Shown in pieces: positions 8,704 through 19,068 of a DNA stretch of 64,000 nucleotides. The position numbers and the translations under genes are program-made. Within the stretch, counting starts at the first letter, position 1. Each line of letters opens with the position of its first letter. This stretch comes from Flammeovirgaceae bacterium UBA2338 (GTDB lineage Bacteria > Bacteroidota > Bacteroidia > Cytophagales > Cyclobacteriaceae), in contig DDUM01000054.1 in assembly GCA_002344795.1 (NCBI GenBank), positions 66,062 to 130,061 of the forward strand, written 5' to 3'. Below the pieces are notes generated by a model, which did not search any database, had not been told where the DNA came from, and was given only the letters and a program-made list of their open reading frames with translations.

Positions 8704-10980
8704 TCAAAGATTAAACCAATAGGTAAGTTTTAGCACCAACGATCGGTATTTAGGCTGTCCTATCTGAAAAGACTCTCCATGCTCGAATGAGGAAGCAAAA
8801 TAATTATCAGTATAAACGATGAAAAGGTCAGAAACAGGCTTGAATCTCCATTGCAGACGGGAATTTATATTCAAATTTTCAATCTGACTATTGTACTGTA
8901 CGAAGGTAGTCCAAAAGACATTTTTGGTAAAAGTGAAATCAAACTTCGGCCCTATTAGAAAAATATCTGCGCTGGCATAGGGTTGCGGCAACCTGATTCG
9001 GTTATAAGAAAAATCCATAGACACCACCCCGTACGGTTGGTAACGGTATTTTATATCACCACCCAGGTTTAAACGGGTACCATTAAAGTATCCGCCCATT
9101 CGGGTGTTGAAGCCGTAGGAGATTTTTTTTCGTTCATTTGAATTGAACCAACCCATTATTACATTATTATGATAAGAAGTGCCTGCTGCCAGTTCCAATG
9201 ACTCAGTTCGTGTAGGATCAAACGAATTAAAGAGGTAGACAAATTCTCGCCTGAGGCGTATATTAAAGTAGGTCATATTCGTAAACCTCATTTGATACAT
9301 AAGATTGACGTCATAATCAGTTACACCATTTGTTTGATTCCTGTACAAATCGAAGTCAAACCCCGGACCATATTTTTGGATGATATTTGAGTTAGGGTAG
9401 AAGTTGTACCAGACGTTGGAGGAAGCGCGATGGTAATCTACCCGTCTTGCAAAGCCTACTTCTGGATTGTAGTTGGCACCTATGTTTTGCAAGCTGGTTC
9501 GTATTTCCCATTTCAATGTATTGTATTCGATGTCGGCACCTGAAGCAAAAGTAGAGTCCAGTTTAGATGCATCGAAGGAGCGATGGTAAAAGAACTTACC
9601 ATTCCAATGGTTATTGGCAGTGGCCAGGTTGTAATCCAGTCCTATAATTCTATTGTAATCATTGGGAGACAATGTAAAAGAGCCATCCAAAGAGTCTTTG
9701 AATGCCTGCTTGTTTATGATGATCATTCCAATGTTGGATCTGGAAAATACTTTATGCTGGAAGGTGGCGACAGTGTAGTTATTAGATAGCAGGCCAATAC
9801 TACGGTCTTGCTCTCCTTGCATATTTAAAACACCTACACGCAGATTATTATTGATCTTACCACTCAACCTTACTCCATATAGTATTTTGTTTTGCACGTT
9901 TTCTCCTGACGCAGTGTCTTCTGCAATGCCTATTCTCCGGGAAAAGAATGGCCGCATGCGGTCTACACCGAAATCAGAAAATAAGTCTGCGTTCTCAAGG
10001 AAAAATTGCCTGCGTTCAGGAAAGAAAATTTCAAATCGATCCAGATTGGTTACCTGTTGATCTACATCTACCTGAGAAAAATCCGGATTGACAGTAATAT
10101 CCAGATTGAGGGCGGAGTTGAGCGCAATTTTGGCATCTCCTCCAAAACTGAGATTACCTTCTTGTGGGGTTCCTGCTTCAAAATCTCTTTGCTGGGCAGT
10201 GGCCATATAAGGGATCACTGAAATATTAGCTCCAGGTTTTTTTAGTGGGGTATCCCAAATCAATTCCCTGTTAAAGGCTAAAGCCGAAATACTGAAATTC
10301 TGTGGGATGGGTGACCAGGTAGACTTCTCTCCTGTTTGACTATCAATCCTAAAAAAATTGATATACCATGAACTGAGATCTTCTTTAAAACGAAGCGTTT
10401 TGAATGGTATCGCAAATTCTGCTGTCCAGTAACCTTCAAATTGTTTGGCTTCTGCATGCCATTTGTTGTCCCAATTCAATGAAAAGGAATTCCAACCACC
10501 CCCACCATTGGAAATAAGCCCCTCCCGCTGAACTCCGAAGGGATTTACACCAAAAATAAATGCATTGGTTCTGTCTTTGAAGGTGTCAAAAACCACAGAA
10601 ATTCCATCATTGGCATCACCCTTAAAGTCCCTTCGAAGGGAGGGAGTAACGTATTTACCCGTTCCTCCGATGTTATTATACATTTTGGCCGCGATGTATA
10701 TATTGTTATTATCATAGGCCATCCTAATTTCTGTGTTGATCTGTGAATAGGTGGTATCAGATGGGAAAAACTGTTTAAACTGATCTGCCACCTGCGCGTC
10801 TTGCCATACAGGCTCATCTAAATCACCATCTATTGTGATCCTCTCATCAGTTTTAAAGATACTTAGCCCTGGTTGTTGGGCAAATCCCACATGGCTTAAT
10901 AAACTAACAAATAGGAAAAAAGCGACACGCACAGTACTCGGGTTAATTTCAAAGCCGCAATGATACAGCTGATTGCCCAT
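8704..10980 (-). CDS. CBM9-like domain plus DUF5916 outer-membrane barrel protein
   Basis: IDGDLDEPVW and YDNNNIYIAA N-terminal domain; TVNPDFSQVDVD, FPERRQFFLEN; ends YWFNL. Confidence 0.85.
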   Translation of the reverse strand: MGNQLYHCGFEINPSTVRVAFFLFVSLLSHVGFAQQPGLSIFKTDERITIDGDLDEPVWQDAQVADQFKQFFPSDTTYSQINTEIRMAYDNNNIYIAAKMYNNIGGTGKYVTPSLRRDFKGDANDGISVVFDTFKDRTNAFIFGVNPFGVQREGLISNGGGGWNSFSLNWDNKWHAEAKQFEGYWTAEFAIPFKTLRFKEDLSSWYINFFRIDSQTGEKSTWSPIPQNFSISALAFNRELIWDTPLKKPGANISVIPYMATAQQRDFEAGTPQEGNLSFGGDAKIALNSALNLDITVNPDFSQVDVDQQVTNLDRFEIFFPERRQFFLENADLFSDFGVDRMRPFFSRRIGIAEDTASGENVQNKILYGVRLSGKINNNLRVGVLNMQGEQDRSIGLLSNNYTVATFQHKVFSRSNIGMIIINKQAFKDSLDGSFTLSPNDYNRIIGLDYNLATANNHWNGKFFYHRSFDASKLDSTFASGADIEYNTLKWEIRTSLQNIGANYNPEVGFARRVDYHRASSNVWYNFYPNSNIIQKYGPGFDFDLYRNQTNGVTDYDVNLMYQMRFTNMTYFNIRLRREFVYLFNSFDPTRTESLELAAGTSYHNNVIMGWFNSNERKKISYGFNTRMGGYFNGTRLNLGGDIKYRYQPYGVVSMDFSYNRIRLPQPYASADIFLIGPKFDFTFTKNVFWTTFVQYNSQIENLNINSRLQWRFKPVSDLFIVYTDNYFASSFEHGESFQIGQPKYRSLVLKLTYWFNL

Positions 10981-11052
10981 AAGGAGCTGACTTTTATGAT
11001 GAGTGGATGATCAGCAGGATTGACGCAAGCCGCTCACATAGAATGCGTTAAG

Positions 11053-11778
11053 TTAATCTGTGATGTAAAAATCAGAGACCATTTCATGATAAGGATGGGT
11101 GCGTTTTCCTTCTTCGTTAATCAAAATAAGTTCCCGTTCCTGATAAGCAACAGAACGATATGCAAACTCCAGTAATAGCCGCTCCACTGGTCTGGACTCC
11201 TTATGCCGAACACTCATTTTTTTATTACACAACAAATTAGCAGATGCAGCCATTTTAGTAAAAGCCACACCTTCTGAATGGGGAAGAATAAGACATAATC
11301 GTCCATCAGGGTGTAACAGTCGTTTACAACCTTCAATTATAGCAGAATGGGGTAATTCATCCGTATGACGTGAAAGATTTCTCTTTGGGTCGGGCGCCTT
11401 ATGGCTATTGACGAAATAGGGTGGGTTTGAAACGATCAAATCGTACCTTAATGAAGTCGAAAAGTGCTGAAGTGATGAATGGGAAAGTTTGATTTTTTTG
11501 TTCCAGGCAGAGGCATTCACATTCTCCAGCGCCTGTTGGTAAGCATCAAAATCTATTTCTATAGCATCAATATGTACATTTTCTACTGATCGCTGTGCAA
11601 GCATTAAAGCAATCAATCCTGTTCCGGTGCCTATATCAAGTATATTTTGGGCTCCATTTATTTCTGTCCAGGAGCCTAACAGCACGCCATCTGTGCCTAC
11701 CTTCATTGTAGACCGATCGTGTTGTATATAAAACTGCTTGAAATAGAACGCGTTGTCTGGGCCGTTTTTTCTGTGCAT
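11053..11778 (-). CDS. tRNA1(Val) adenine-37 N6-methyltransferase (YfiC/TrmN6 family)
   Basis: FYFKQF...MKVGTDGVLLG, LDIGTGTG, SNPPY. Confidence 0.85.
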   Translation of the reverse strand: MHRKNGPDNAFYFKQFYIQHDRSTMKVGTDGVLLGSWTEINGAQNILDIGTGTGLIALMLAQRSVENVHIDAIEIDFDAYQQALENVNASAWNKKIKLSHSSLQHFSTSLRYDLIVSNPPYFVNSHKAPDPKRNLSRHTDELPHSAIIEGCKRLLHPDGRLCLILPHSEGVAFTKMAASANLLCNKKMSVRHKESRPVERLLLEFAYRSVAYQERELILINEEGKRTHPYHEMVSDFYITD

Positions 11779-11807
11779 CTTTCTAAAATTGAAATAAAAT
11801 TATAAAA

Positions 11808-13484
11808 ATGACTTTTAAATCTGACCTCGAAATAGCTCAGGCTTCACAACTAAAGCCAATTGTTGAAATCGCTAAAAAACTCGGCATCAAGGAAGAGTAC
11901 CTTGAACTCTATGGCAAGTATAAAGCTAAGTTACCTCTGGCTTTGACTGACGAAAAGAAAATCTCAAAGGCGAAGTTGGTGTTGGTAACTGCGATGACGC
12001 CTACACCAGCAGGTGAAGGGAAGACTACCACCTCTATCGGTTTGTGTGAAGGTCTGAATAAGCTCGGCAAAAAAACTACTGTTGTGATACGAGAGCCTTC
12101 ACTGGGGCCTGTATTTGGAATGAAAGGTGGGGCGGCTGGCGGAGGATATTCCCAGGTGGTTCCTATGGAAGACATCAACCTCCATTTTACAGGTGACTTT
12201 GCGGCCATTGAGAAGGCAAATAATCTTTTGGCGGCCCTTATTGATAATGATATTCAAAAGCCAGATGGAGGAATGGGGATAGATCCCCGCACCGTGGAGT
12301 GGAAAAGAGTAATGGATATGAATGACAGGGCCCTTAGAAATATTGTAACTGGGTTGGGAGGAAAGAGTGGGGGAATGATCAGAGAAACCGGATTTAACAT
12401 TACGGCTGCTTCCGAAATTATGGCCATACTATGTCTGGCTAAAAATCTAAATGATTTAAAAGAAAAAATAGGAAACATCTATATCGGAGATACTTATGAA
12501 AAGAAAGCCGTGTTTGCGAAAGACATCAAGGCGCAAGGGGCTGTCGCTTTACTTTTGAAGGAAGCCATAAAGCCGAATCTTGTCCAGACGCTGGAAGGAA
12601 ATCCTGCCATTATTCATGGAGGACCTTTTGCCAACATAGCGCAAGGTGCCAACTCTATTATTGCAACCAGAATGGGAATGAGCCTTTCTGATTTTGTGGT
12701 AACCGAAGCTGGTTTTGGATCGGATTTAGGGGCTGAAAAATTTATTGATATTGTATCGGGTTATGGAGGGTTTTCTCCGCATGCGGTCGTATTGGTTGCC
12801 ACCATTAGGGCACTGAAGTATCATGGTGGTGTGGAACGAGAAAAGTTGACTGAATCTAATCTGGAGGCAGTGAAAGCAGGTTTTGCCAATCTGGAAAAGC
12901 ACATTGAAAACACAAAGATTTTTGGCTTGCCTGCAGTTATATCATTGAATAAATTTATTACCGACTCAGAGGAGGAGATCAACTGGGTGATGGAGAAATG
13001 TAAAACGTTAGGTGTGCAAATTGCGCTGGCAGAAGGATGGGAGAAGGGGGGAGAAGGAATGATGGAATTGGCGGAGAAGGTTGCGCATGCTGCAGAAGTA
13101 TTTGATGGCAAATGTTGGCCAGTTTACCACTGGCAGGATAGTATACAGGAAAAAATAGAGGCGGTGGCTATTAAAATTTATGGAGCTAAAAATGTTGAAT
13201 TTCTGCCAAAAGCCAGACAGAACCTGAATAAAATTGAAAGACTGGGACTAAGTGATAAACCGGTTTGCATTGCAAAAACCCAAAACTCCTTCTCTGATGA
13301 CGCAAAGAAAAGGGGCAGGCCAAAAGATTTTACCATAACTGTGCGTGAGATAGAGATTGCAGCGGGTGCAGGATTTGTTATCCCAATAACGGGTGATATG
13401 CTGAGAATGCCGGGGCTTCCCTATGTGCCAGCCTCCATGGGTATGGATATTGATAACGATGGCAAAATTTCAGGGCTCTCCTGA
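11808..13484 (+). CDS. fhs: Formate--tetrahydrofolate ligase
   Basis: TPAGEGKTT, REPSLGPVFG, GGAAGGGY, HGGPFANIA, TEAGFG, AKTQ, MPGLP. Confidence 0.97.
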   Translation: MTFKSDLEIAQASQLKPIVEIAKKLGIKEEYLELYGKYKAKLPLALTDEKKISKAKLVLVTAMTPTPAGEGKTTTSIGLCEGLNKLGKKTTVVIREPSLGPVFGMKGGAAGGGYSQVVPMEDINLHFTGDFAAIEKANNLLAALIDNDIQKPDGGMGIDPRTVEWKRVMDMNDRALRNIVTGLGGKSGGMIRETGFNITAASEIMAILCLAKNLNDLKEKIGNIYIGDTYEKKAVFAKDIKAQGAVALLLKEAIKPNLVQTLEGNPAIIHGGPFANIAQGANSIIATRMGMSLSDFVVTEAGFGSDLGAEKFIDIVSGYGGFSPHAVVLVATIRALKYHGGVEREKLTESNLEAVKAGFANLEKHIENTKIFGLPAVISLNKFITDSEEEINWVMEKCKTLGVQIALAEGWEKGGEGMMELAEKVAHAAEVFDGKCWPVYHWQDSIQEKIEAVAIKIYGAKNVEFLPKARQNLNKIERLGLSDKPVCIAKTQNSFSDDAKKRGRPKDFTITVREIEIAAGAGFVIPITGDMLRMPGLPYVPASMGMDIDNDGKISGLS

Positions 13485-13497
13485 TGTAGGATAAACT

Positions 13498-14346
13498 ATG
13501 AGCTTGTCTGTAAAACCAATTGAGATAACGAAAGTTAGTGAAGGCGGAAGCAAAGTAATACCAGACTTGATGGCGGTAGAAGAACCGCTTGAGATCAGAA
13601 TTGGTTATGGCGCTTTGGGTGAAAGACAACAGAAAAGTTTATCAGTAACCATGCGTACGCCAGGCCATGATTATGAATTGGCTATTGGGTTTCTATTTAC
13701 AGAAGGGATAATTGACGCCTATGATCAGGTAGAACTTATTAAGTATTGCGAAGATGCAGGCAGACAGGAGGAGAGAGAAAACGTAGTTAGGATTGAACTT
13801 AAGCCAGGAGTAAATTTTGATTTAAGTAAGCTACAGCGTAATTTTTATACTTCCTCCAGTTGTGGGGTATGTGGTAAGTCATCTATTGAAGCAGTTCATG
13901 TAACCTGCACACAAATTCAGGATAACATTAATATAGAAAGAAAGGTTATCCACGGATTGTCAGATAAATTAAGAGATGCCCAACAAATTTTTGAACATAC
14001 GGGTGGCCTTCATGCGGTAGGACTATTTGATTTGAGTGGTAAACTATTGCTTACCCGCGAGGATGTGGGCAGGCACAATGCCATGGATAAAATCGTAGGG
14101 GCATGTTTGTTTAAAAATGTAATTCCATTATCCAAAACCATTCTGTTAGTTAGCGGTCGTGCGAGTTTTGAATTAGTTCAAAAAGGATTACGTGCAGGGG
14201 TTCCAATCATGGCTGCAGTTGGGGCTCCTTCCAGCTTGGCAGTTACTTTAGCGAAGGATTTAGGGATGACCTTATTGGGTTTTGTCCGAGGGGGCAGTTT
14301 TAATATATACTGCGGAGCGCAACGGATAGACTCAAAAAGACTGTAG
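13498..14346 (+). CDS. fdhD: Formate dehydrogenase accessory sulfurtransferase
   Basis: EEPLEI, TMRTPG, SSCGVCG, TGGLHA, DVGRHNAMDK. Confidence 0.95.
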   Translation: MSLSVKPIEITKVSEGGSKVIPDLMAVEEPLEIRIGYGALGERQQKSLSVTMRTPGHDYELAIGFLFTEGIIDAYDQVELIKYCEDAGRQEERENVVRIELKPGVNFDLSKLQRNFYTSSSCGVCGKSSIEAVHVTCTQIQDNINIERKVIHGLSDKLRDAQQIFEHTGGLHAVGLFDLSGKLLLTREDVGRHNAMDKIVGACLFKNVIPLSKTILLVSGRASFELVQKGLRAGVPIMAAVGAPSSLAVTLAKDLGMTLLGFVRGGSFNIYCGAQRIDSKRL

Positions 14347-14530
14347 CAGGGTTTATAGGCACTATTTTTAAAGTTTATTTTCATCGTCCATCGTGCTCAT
14401 TAGCCTCTCACATCATTAAATGTTCTGGTAACAACAATGGTGGGCAGTTTTAATTTTCTTTGATTAAATTAGGCTTACTTAAACATTGAATGTGGAGCTG
14501 GGTATTGAGTGAAAATGAATTAAAGAAACC

Positions 14531-16183
14531 ATGTCTGATAATCTGTCAAAATTAGCCGCTCGAAAAGGCCTTGAGAATCCCCTTTTTGAAAAATTGGTTA
14601 CGATTTCTAAGGAGAAGCGAACCCCAAACCCGGAGGAAATGAGAGCCCTGGCCAAAGAATTTTTGGTGGGCAATGCCAATGTTCACGGCACTGTGAGTTT
14701 CTATGATTTTCTGAAAGCGGAAAACCAATCTAAAAAGGTATTTGTCTGCAATGGTAGCGCATGTTTGGTGGCTGGCACTCAGGATGACTTGAAAAAGAAG
14801 TTGGGTGCTCATTTTAAAGAGGAAGAAATTGGGCACATGTGCTGCCTTGGCAGGTGCCATGAAAATAGTGCCTACCATTATGAAGGGAAAAATTATTCAG
14901 GTAAGAGTGGATTAGCAATTGATGAAGTAATAAAAGGAAAGGGTGAAAACGGAGACATGTATCATGTGCAGTCCAATTTGAAAGACCCAATTCTGACCAA
15001 CCCTTATCCGGAAGAAAAATCTTTTTTTGATTTTGTTAGAACTTGCCTGACAAGAGACAGGGATGAATTGCTCACAGAAATAAAAAAATCAAATGTGCGC
15101 GGTAGAGGCGGTGCGGGTTTTCCTATGGGCCTTAAATTGGAGTCGTGTAAGAATGTGCCAGGCGATCAAAAGTTTGTCGTGTGCAATGCGGATGAAGGTG
15201 ATCCGGGAGCTTATTCTGATCGTTACTTGTTGGAAAAACAGCCTCATCTTCTGTTGTTCGGAATGTTGATGGCCGGGTACATTATCGGATCCAACAAGGG
15301 AGTGATTTATATAAGAGGAGAATACCCTGAGTCGATCACCGCAATTGATGAAGAAATTGAAAAGTGGGAGAAGAATGGACTCCTGGGGGAGAATATCAAC
15401 GGAAGTGGAGTTGATTTTAGGTTTAAAATAATTGAAGGAGCAGGAGCATATATCTGTGGTGAAGAAACTGCCTTGTTGTCGTCTATTGAGGGGCAACGCC
15501 CCGAAGTAAGAGTAAGACCACCTTATCCAACTCAAGAAGGGTTGTTCAACCTACCTACAGTGGTAAACAATGTGGAAACAAGCGCTACGCTTTATTATAT
15601 CCTGAAGCATGGGGGTGAACAATACGCATCATTGGGTACTGGAAAATCCACAGGCTCAAAGCTGGTGTGTCTCGATAGTTTCTTTAATAATCCGGGCATG
15701 TATGAAATTGAGATGGGAACACCGTTTTCGGTTGTTGTTAATGATTTTGGAAAGGGATTTAAAGAAAAAGTAAAAGCCATTCAGGTGGGAGGCCCGCTGG
15801 GAGGAATCGTTCCTGCAGAGAAGATCGATGATCTGACACTTGATTTTGAATCATTCGCCAGTAATGGATTTTTACTGGGGCATGCCGGTGTGGTGAGCAT
15901 TCCTGAAGACTTTCCAATGATTGAGTATTTGGCACATCTTTTTGAATTTACAGCAGTGGAGTCGTGTGGTAAATGCTATCCATGCAGCATTGGTTCTGTT
16001 CGTGGAATGGAATTGATTAAAAAATCACAGAAGGAAGATTTTAAAATTGATCGTCAATTAATGGATGATTTGTTAGAGACATTGGAGATAGGGTCGCTAT
16101 GTGCACTGGGTGGTGGCTTGCCACTGGGAATAAAGAATGCATTGAAGTATTTTGATAAAGAATTGAAAGCCTATTTTGCTTAA
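14531..16183 (+). CDS. NAD-linked formate dehydrogenase diaphorase subunit; NuoE-like and NuoF-like domains fused (FdsG-FdsB type)
   Basis: N-terminal CNGSAC...CLGRC [2Fe-2S]; GRGGAGFP, NADEGDPG, YICGEETAL, ESCGKCYPC...CALG. Confidence 0.88.
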   Translation: MSDNLSKLAARKGLENPLFEKLVTISKEKRTPNPEEMRALAKEFLVGNANVHGTVSFYDFLKAENQSKKVFVCNGSACLVAGTQDDLKKKLGAHFKEEEIGHMCCLGRCHENSAYHYEGKNYSGKSGLAIDEVIKGKGENGDMYHVQSNLKDPILTNPYPEEKSFFDFVRTCLTRDRDELLTEIKKSNVRGRGGAGFPMGLKLESCKNVPGDQKFVVCNADEGDPGAYSDRYLLEKQPHLLLFGMLMAGYIIGSNKGVIYIRGEYPESITAIDEEIEKWEKNGLLGENINGSGVDFRFKIIEGAGAYICGEETALLSSIEGQRPEVRVRPPYPTQEGLFNLPTVVNNVETSATLYYILKHGGEQYASLGTGKSTGSKLVCLDSFFNNPGMYEIEMGTPFSVVVNDFGKGFKEKVKAIQVGGPLGGIVPAEKIDDLTLDFESFASNGFLLGHAGVVSIPEDFPMIEYLAHLFEFTAVESCGKCYPCSIGSVRGMELIKKSQKEDFKIDRQLMDDLLETLEIGSLCALGGGLPLGIKNALKYFDKELKAYFA

Positions 16184-16204
16184 ATGGGGTAAACAAAGAA
16201 GGTT

Positions 16205-18973
16205 ATGAGTGAACAAAAAAACATTGCATATATCAACAATCAACCTTTTGAATTTGAAAAGGGTGAAATGATCTTAAAGTTCGTGAGAAGGGTAGAGGAG
16301 TCCATCAACGTACCTACACTATGTGATGCGCCCAATCTTAAGCCATTTGGTACGTGCCGGGTTTGTAGTGTAGACGTAGCCCTTGAAAAAAATGGCAAAG
16401 CAAAAACGATGGCTTCCTGTCACACTCCCGTAATGGCAAATTCTTACATCTACACGGATAGTGAAAGAATTACCCGGCTGAGAAGGAATATTCTTGAACT
16501 GGTGCTTACTGACTACCCTTTGGATCGCTTGTATGAGAATAAGTCAGGGAAAAATGAGTTGCAAAGTGTAGCTAATCAGTTGCGCATCACACCAGATGAT
16601 ATTCGGTACCCTTTGGGAAAAAATCATTTGGACAAAAAACCTGACAACTCACATGCCTATATGCGTGCGGATTTGTCCACTTGCATTAATTGCTATCGGT
16701 GCATAAGGGCTTGTGATGAGGTACAAGGTGAGATGGTATTAACAATGTCAGGACGTGGGTTTGATAACACCGTCACCATGGGTATGAATGAAGGATTCAA
16801 GGACTCTGATTGTGTGAGTTGTGGTGCCTGTGCTCAGGCATGCCCAACTTCTGCGATCACGGATATATTTAACTCTAAACAGACCGTACCGGATAAAGTA
16901 ACCCGAACTGTTTGTACTTACTGTGGAGTGGGTTGCAACCTGGATGTAGCTACTGTAAAGGGAGAAATAAAATCCATTCTTGCTCCCTATGATGCAGAGG
17001 TAAATCAAGGGCACACTTGTTTAAAAGGACGATATGCCTTTCAGTTTTATAATCACGAAGATCGCTTGCGGAGCCCATTGATTAAACGCAACGGAGAATT
17101 TGAAAAGGCAACCTGGGATGAAGCTTACGATTTTATTGTAAACAAATTTACTGAAATTAAATCCAGCAATGGTTCTGATGCTATTGCCGGTATTTCCTGT
17201 GCCAGAGCAACCAACGAGGAAAATTATCTCATGCAGAAATTTATTCGTGCGGTGGTAGGAACCAACAACATTGATGGGTGCGCTCGTGTGTGCCACTCAC
17301 CTACTGCTTTGGGTATGCAACGCACTTTTGGAACCGGTGCGGCCACCAACTCCATTAAGGACATAGCATTCACTGATTGTATCATGGTGATTGGAGCAAA
17401 TCCCACCGATGCTCACCCAGTCACTGGCGCCAAGATCAAACAAAAGGCCATGAAGGGTACTCCTCTGATTGTTATTGATCCACGCAAAATTGAATTAGCG
17501 CGTTTTGCTACTTACCATCTACAACTTCGACCAGGAACCAATGTGGCTTTGCTCAATATGATGATGCATTATATTGTGAAAGAAGGTTTGGTGGATAAGG
17601 ATTTCATTCAAAAAAGAACGGAAGGATTCGAAGTATTTAAAGAAAGTATCCTGAAGCTGAATATGGATGAATTGGAATCCATTACCGGTGTAGATAAGAA
17701 TTTGGTAAGAGAAGCTGCAATGGCTTATGCCAAAGCAAAGAATGCCATGTCATTCCACGGGTTGGGAGTGACTGAACATTTCCAGGGAACCTTTACCGTT
17801 ACACTCATAGCAGACCTTGCAATGATCACCGGAAACATAGGTAGGCCGGGTGTTGGTGTCAATCCTTTGCGTGGGCAAAACAATGTGCAGGGCATGGCAG
17901 ACATGGGTGTGCAGCCCCATCAGGGTGCAGGATACCTGGCAGTGGACGATCCTAAGAATCATAGTTTATTCCAGGATTTTTACGGTGTGGATTTGCCTTT
18001 GCACGAAGGTTATAAAATTCCGGAAATGTTTGATGCGGCCATTGAGGGCAAGCTGAAAGGGCTGTGGATTATCGGGGAGGATGTAGTGCAAACAGATCCG
18101 AATACCAATCATGTGAAGAAGGCACTTTCCAATCTGGATATTCTCATAGTAAGTGAACTCTTTATGACGGAGACAGCTAAGATGGCCGATGTAATACTTC
18201 CTGCAGCCTCATTTCTGGAGAAAAGCGGAACATTTACCAATGGAGAAAGAAGAATCCAAAGAGTAAATGCGGTGGTAGATCCATTACCAGGTACTAGAGT
18301 GGATGGTCAAATTATCGTTGATATCATGAATAGGATGGGTTATAAACAACCTGACTATCATCCACGAACCGCATTGGAAGAAATTTCACAAATCGTTCCT
18401 TTCTTTAAAGGAGTTAAATGGGATGAACTGGGTGACAATGGAAAACAATGGCCTGTGCTGGAAGATGGAAAGGGAACAGAGATTATGCATAAGGATGTGT
18501 TTAAGATTGGAAAGGGTCAAATTATATTCCACCATTTTGAAGAATCCTCTGAAATTTTAGAGAACAGTGAATCGTTTCCATTTATTCTTACCACCAATCG
18601 TGAATTGGAACACTACAACTGTGGCGCGATGACACGTAGAACACCCAATGTGGAGATTCTTACGGAAGATATGTTGCTCATCAATAAACATGATGCTGAA
18701 GATAAGGGAATAAAAGATGGTGATATTGTATGCGTGAGCTCTGCAAGAGGTAAGGTGGATTTGAAAGCAAAAGTGACGAACGAAGTGAAACCAGGTGTAC
18801 TTAGCACTACGTTTCACTTTCCGGAGGTACTAGTAAATATTCTCACGTCTGGTGTATCTGATTCTGAAGCCATGTGTCCCGAGTACAAGGTGGTGGCTGT
18901 AGATGTACGAAAAGCCCGCAAAGCAGGAATGAGAAAATTGGGTGAAGTTGAAGAGCGCAAAGTGCATGTTTGA
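16205..18973 (+). CDS. fdhF: Molybdopterin formate dehydrogenase alpha subunit (FdsA/FdhF type, Cys ligand)
   Basis: [2Fe-2S] C..CRVC..C; CINCYRCIRAC and CVSCGACAQAC; CTYCGVGC..C; CLKG; active-site RVCH; PLRGQNNVQG. Confidence 0.92.
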   Translation: MSEQKNIAYINNQPFEFEKGEMILKFVRRVEESINVPTLCDAPNLKPFGTCRVCSVDVALEKNGKAKTMASCHTPVMANSYIYTDSERITRLRRNILELVLTDYPLDRLYENKSGKNELQSVANQLRITPDDIRYPLGKNHLDKKPDNSHAYMRADLSTCINCYRCIRACDEVQGEMVLTMSGRGFDNTVTMGMNEGFKDSDCVSCGACAQACPTSAITDIFNSKQTVPDKVTRTVCTYCGVGCNLDVATVKGEIKSILAPYDAEVNQGHTCLKGRYAFQFYNHEDRLRSPLIKRNGEFEKATWDEAYDFIVNKFTEIKSSNGSDAIAGISCARATNEENYLMQKFIRAVVGTNNIDGCARVCHSPTALGMQRTFGTGAATNSIKDIAFTDCIMVIGANPTDAHPVTGAKIKQKAMKGTPLIVIDPRKIELARFATYHLQLRPGTNVALLNMMMHYIVKEGLVDKDFIQKRTEGFEVFKESILKLNMDELESITGVDKNLVREAAMAYAKAKNAMSFHGLGVTEHFQGTFTVTLIADLAMITGNIGRPGVGVNPLRGQNNVQGMADMGVQPHQGAGYLAVDDPKNHSLFQDFYGVDLPLHEGYKIPEMFDAAIEGKLKGLWIIGEDVVQTDPNTNHVKKALSNLDILIVSELFMTETAKMADVILPAASFLEKSGTFTNGERRIQRVNAVVDPLPGTRVDGQIIVDIMNRMGYKQPDYHPRTALEEISQIVPFFKGVKWDELGDNGKQWPVLEDGKGTEIMHKDVFKIGKGQIIFHHFEESSEILENSESFPFILTTNRELEHYNCGAMTRRTPNVEILTEDMLLINKHDAEDKGIKDGDIVCVSSARGKVDLKAKVTNEVKPGVLSTTFHFPEVLVNILTSGVSDSEAMCPEYKVVAVDVRKARKAGMRKLGEVEERKVHV

Positions 18974-19043
18974 TACAAGTCACCAATTAGGGTTGATGTG
19001 AAGTTGCCGTACAGAGCTATTTCAAATTTAATACCTAAATCGT

Positions 19044-19051
19044 TATCTTTG
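19044..19051 (+). promoter_or_regulatory. -7 promoter element TATCTTTG for the toxin-antitoxin pair
   Basis: Exact TAnnTTTG ending 17 nt before ATG 19069. Confidence 0.6.
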
Positions 19052-19068
19052 TTATTCAAATTAGCAAG

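Noticed and set aside
14347-14530. Fnr-type boxes or a Moco riboswitch before the FDH genes
   Set aside because: No TGAT-N4-RTCA match and no convincing stems seen
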